A stretch of 60,913 nt of DNA, filler included, from an uncultured bacterium (GTDB lineage Bacteria; Latescibacterota; UBA2968): assembly GCA_964471275.1 (NCBI GenBank). It is 5 parts of 5 records of this genome, joined end to end, with 100 filler letters (N's around TTAATTAATTAA, not from the genome) between each part and the next. Parts side by side here need not be neighbours in the genome. Positions count along the whole stretch, not along the records: positions 49,113 to 60,913 come from CAYYGZ010000154.1; 4 more parts are not named here. One strand, 5' to 3'. A model generated the notes under the pieces. That model ran no database searches, was not told the origin of the DNA, and saw only the letters and a list, made by a program, of their open reading frames with translations. The position numbers and the translations under genes are program-made. Below are positions 59,430-60,913 of the stretch, piece by piece. The first letter of the stretch is position 1, and the number at the start of each line of letters is the position of its first letter.

Positions 59430-60890
59430 CTATCTCGTCTGGCTCTCGAGGTAGGTGATCAGGCCATTGAGCGAGTTGTGGATCTCACGGAAGTACTTGT
59501 TCTCCTTGAGATCTCGAATCAGTTCCCATCGATCATATCCGTAGGCGTCACGGGAATACTCAGCCGGATCGTAGTAGAACTTCATGCCGAAGGAGGCGAT
59601 CTCAGGAGGGTCTTCTTCGTGAGGCCTGTTAACCTCGACACGGACGATCTTGCCTAGGATCTGGATCCGCACCGGAACAGGAGGCTGATAGATCTCCGTC
59701 TCCCGGTTGAATTGCAGTTTGGGGTAGAAGTTCATCAAGTAGCAGGTGTTCTCGAGAATCTGGATCTGCTCCTCCATATCCATAAGGCCGTAGTCTTCAC
59801 CCAGGACGTACTCGAGGAATCCCTTGCTGGACTCCATTTTGATGCCGTCGATACTGAAATCAACCAACTCCGTGCTGAAGCCCGCTTCCTTCTTGATCTC
59901 ACCGTTGGTTCTGACCGTCATGCTCTCGGTCCCGATGCGAGTGATCTCGGAGATCATGTCGTAGTATTCGGTTGGCGTGTCGCTGCTGGCTTTTGTATGA
60001 AAGCTCAGGACGACGACATCAGCGGTTGTCAGGCTGGTCGGGTCCTCCTTGTCAGCCGAAAAGGCAGGTGGCTTTCGGATGTAGAATTGTCTGGAATCTT
60101 CCGTGGACGTTTCGAGACCCAAGACATCTGAACTTCCGAGGTCGAGGAGCACGACCTTGTTTGTCCGGTCTTCCACAAACGGCTTGCCGACATAGACGAC
60201 GCGCGATTTCCGAGGATTCAGGCGAATCGAGTTCTTCATGAACTTGACGACGTCTTCTGGCTCTGGATCCTCAAGGTCCATCTCGTCGGAGAAAGGGATC
60301 GTGGCAAGATCGGCGAGCTTGGTCGGAAGTGCTCCCGTGTCCGGGAAGGTGATGTCCGTTTTGGTGACATATAGATCGAAGAGGATCTGGCTGTATACAC
60401 GCCGCTGCCCGCTCCCTGCCTTATGCGAATACCTGAGAAACGAGCGCCTCTCCTGTTTTCGTATATTTCCGACGGGACGGAGCATGTAAGCGCTGGATAT
60501 CCGAGGCGCGAGGTTGTCCAGCAAGTCTTCGGGGAATCGGACACGCCCCATAACTTTGCAGTCCACCGTGTGCGGGATACTCTTGTGCAGGAACCACAGG
60601 TGGACGATTTCGCCCTTGCCCGTGAACTTGGACTCTTCTTCTGCTGTCAGTCCGTCCGGTGTACTTATGTAGAAGGCCTTGTGCTGGACGAGCACTTCCT
60701 CACCGTGCTTGAAAACGAATGCACGATCCATATCTTCGTCCGCGTCCTCGCCGGTGCTCAGTTTGAGCAGACTGCAATTGACAGAATTCGGCCCCATCTG
60801 GGCAAAATCCGCTAGGATCTTTTCCAGTGCGTTCCTGCTCCGGCTCCCGCCACCCTTTTTGAAGGGATTAATTTTGAAGGGATTAAACAT
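59430..60890 (-). CDS. Hypothetical protein with PilZ-like c-di-GMP motifs
   Basis: QERRSFLR (RxxxR), DFSIDG (DxSxxG) and C-terminal I.GKIVR...FGMKF. Start ATG 60890 or TTG 60902. Confidence 0.6.
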   Translation of the reverse strand: MFNPFKINPFKKGGGSRSRNALEKILADFAQMGPNSVNCSLLKLSTGEDADEDMDRAFVFKHGEEVLVQHKAFYISTPDGLTAEEESKFTGKGEIVHLWFLHKSIPHTVDCKVMGRVRFPEDLLDNLAPRISSAYMLRPVGNIRKQERRSFLRYSHKAGSGQRRVYSQILFDLYVTKTDITFPDTGALPTKLADLATIPFSDEMDLEDPEPEDVVKFMKNSIRLNPRKSRVVYVGKPFVEDRTNKVVLLDLGSSDVLGLETSTEDSRQFYIRKPPAFSADKEDPTSLTTADVVVLSFHTKASSDTPTEYYDMISEITRIGTESMTVRTNGEIKKEAGFSTELVDFSIDGIKMESSKGFLEYVLGEDYGLMDMEEQIQILENTCYLMNFYPKLQFNRETEIYQPPVPVRIQILGKIVRVEVNRPHEEDPPEIASFGMKFYYDPAEYSRDAYGYDRWELIRDLKENKYFREIHNSLNGLITYLESQTR

Positions 60891-60913
60891 TAAGACCTTC
60901 AATTGCCCTGTTC

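Noticed and set aside
1..60913. CRISPR arrays, tRNA/rRNA, phage or defence genes
   Set aside because: No regularly spaced repeats, tRNA/rRNA signatures or recognisable phage/defence motifs were seen by eye.

Overview
This is not one locus. It is five assembly scaffolds of about 12 kb, ordered by decreasing length and joined by artificial 100-nt linkers (44 N + TTAATTAATTAA + 44 N) at 12345-12444, 24774-24873, 36930-37029 and 49013-49112. Five internal 10-N gaps are also present. The content looks like a GC-rich environmental (MAG-type) heterotrophic bacterium. Metabolic genes cover sugar-acid and sulfated-glycan catabolism (UxaA/GarD-family, lactonases, Gfo/Idh/MocA, HpcH aldolase, sulfatases, heparinase II/III-like) and transporters. 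There is also acr3-arsR, ahbC, a hisG-hisD-hisC-(enolase)-hisB operon and a GT4/GT-C glycosylation cluster. I found no rRNA, tRNA or CRISPR array. The most notable signals are: (1) two diverged copies of a non-coding 330-392 bp MITE-like element with CTAG-ended terminal inverted repeats, each inserted exactly on the TAG stop codon of a gene; (2) a 67-bp perfect hairpin built from IS3-type ends that is homologous to an IS3 remnant on another scaffold; (3) unusual protein architectures, namely a 2Fe-2S ferredoxin-HTH fusion, a PilZ-like protein whose two c-di-GMP motifs are about 190 aa apart, and a doubled UxaA; and (4) several deletion-fusion scars or pseudogenes, including HypF fused to a hydrogenase-maturation-protease tail behind a palindromic sigma54 site. 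All family calls come from motif recognition by eye; no database searches were run.
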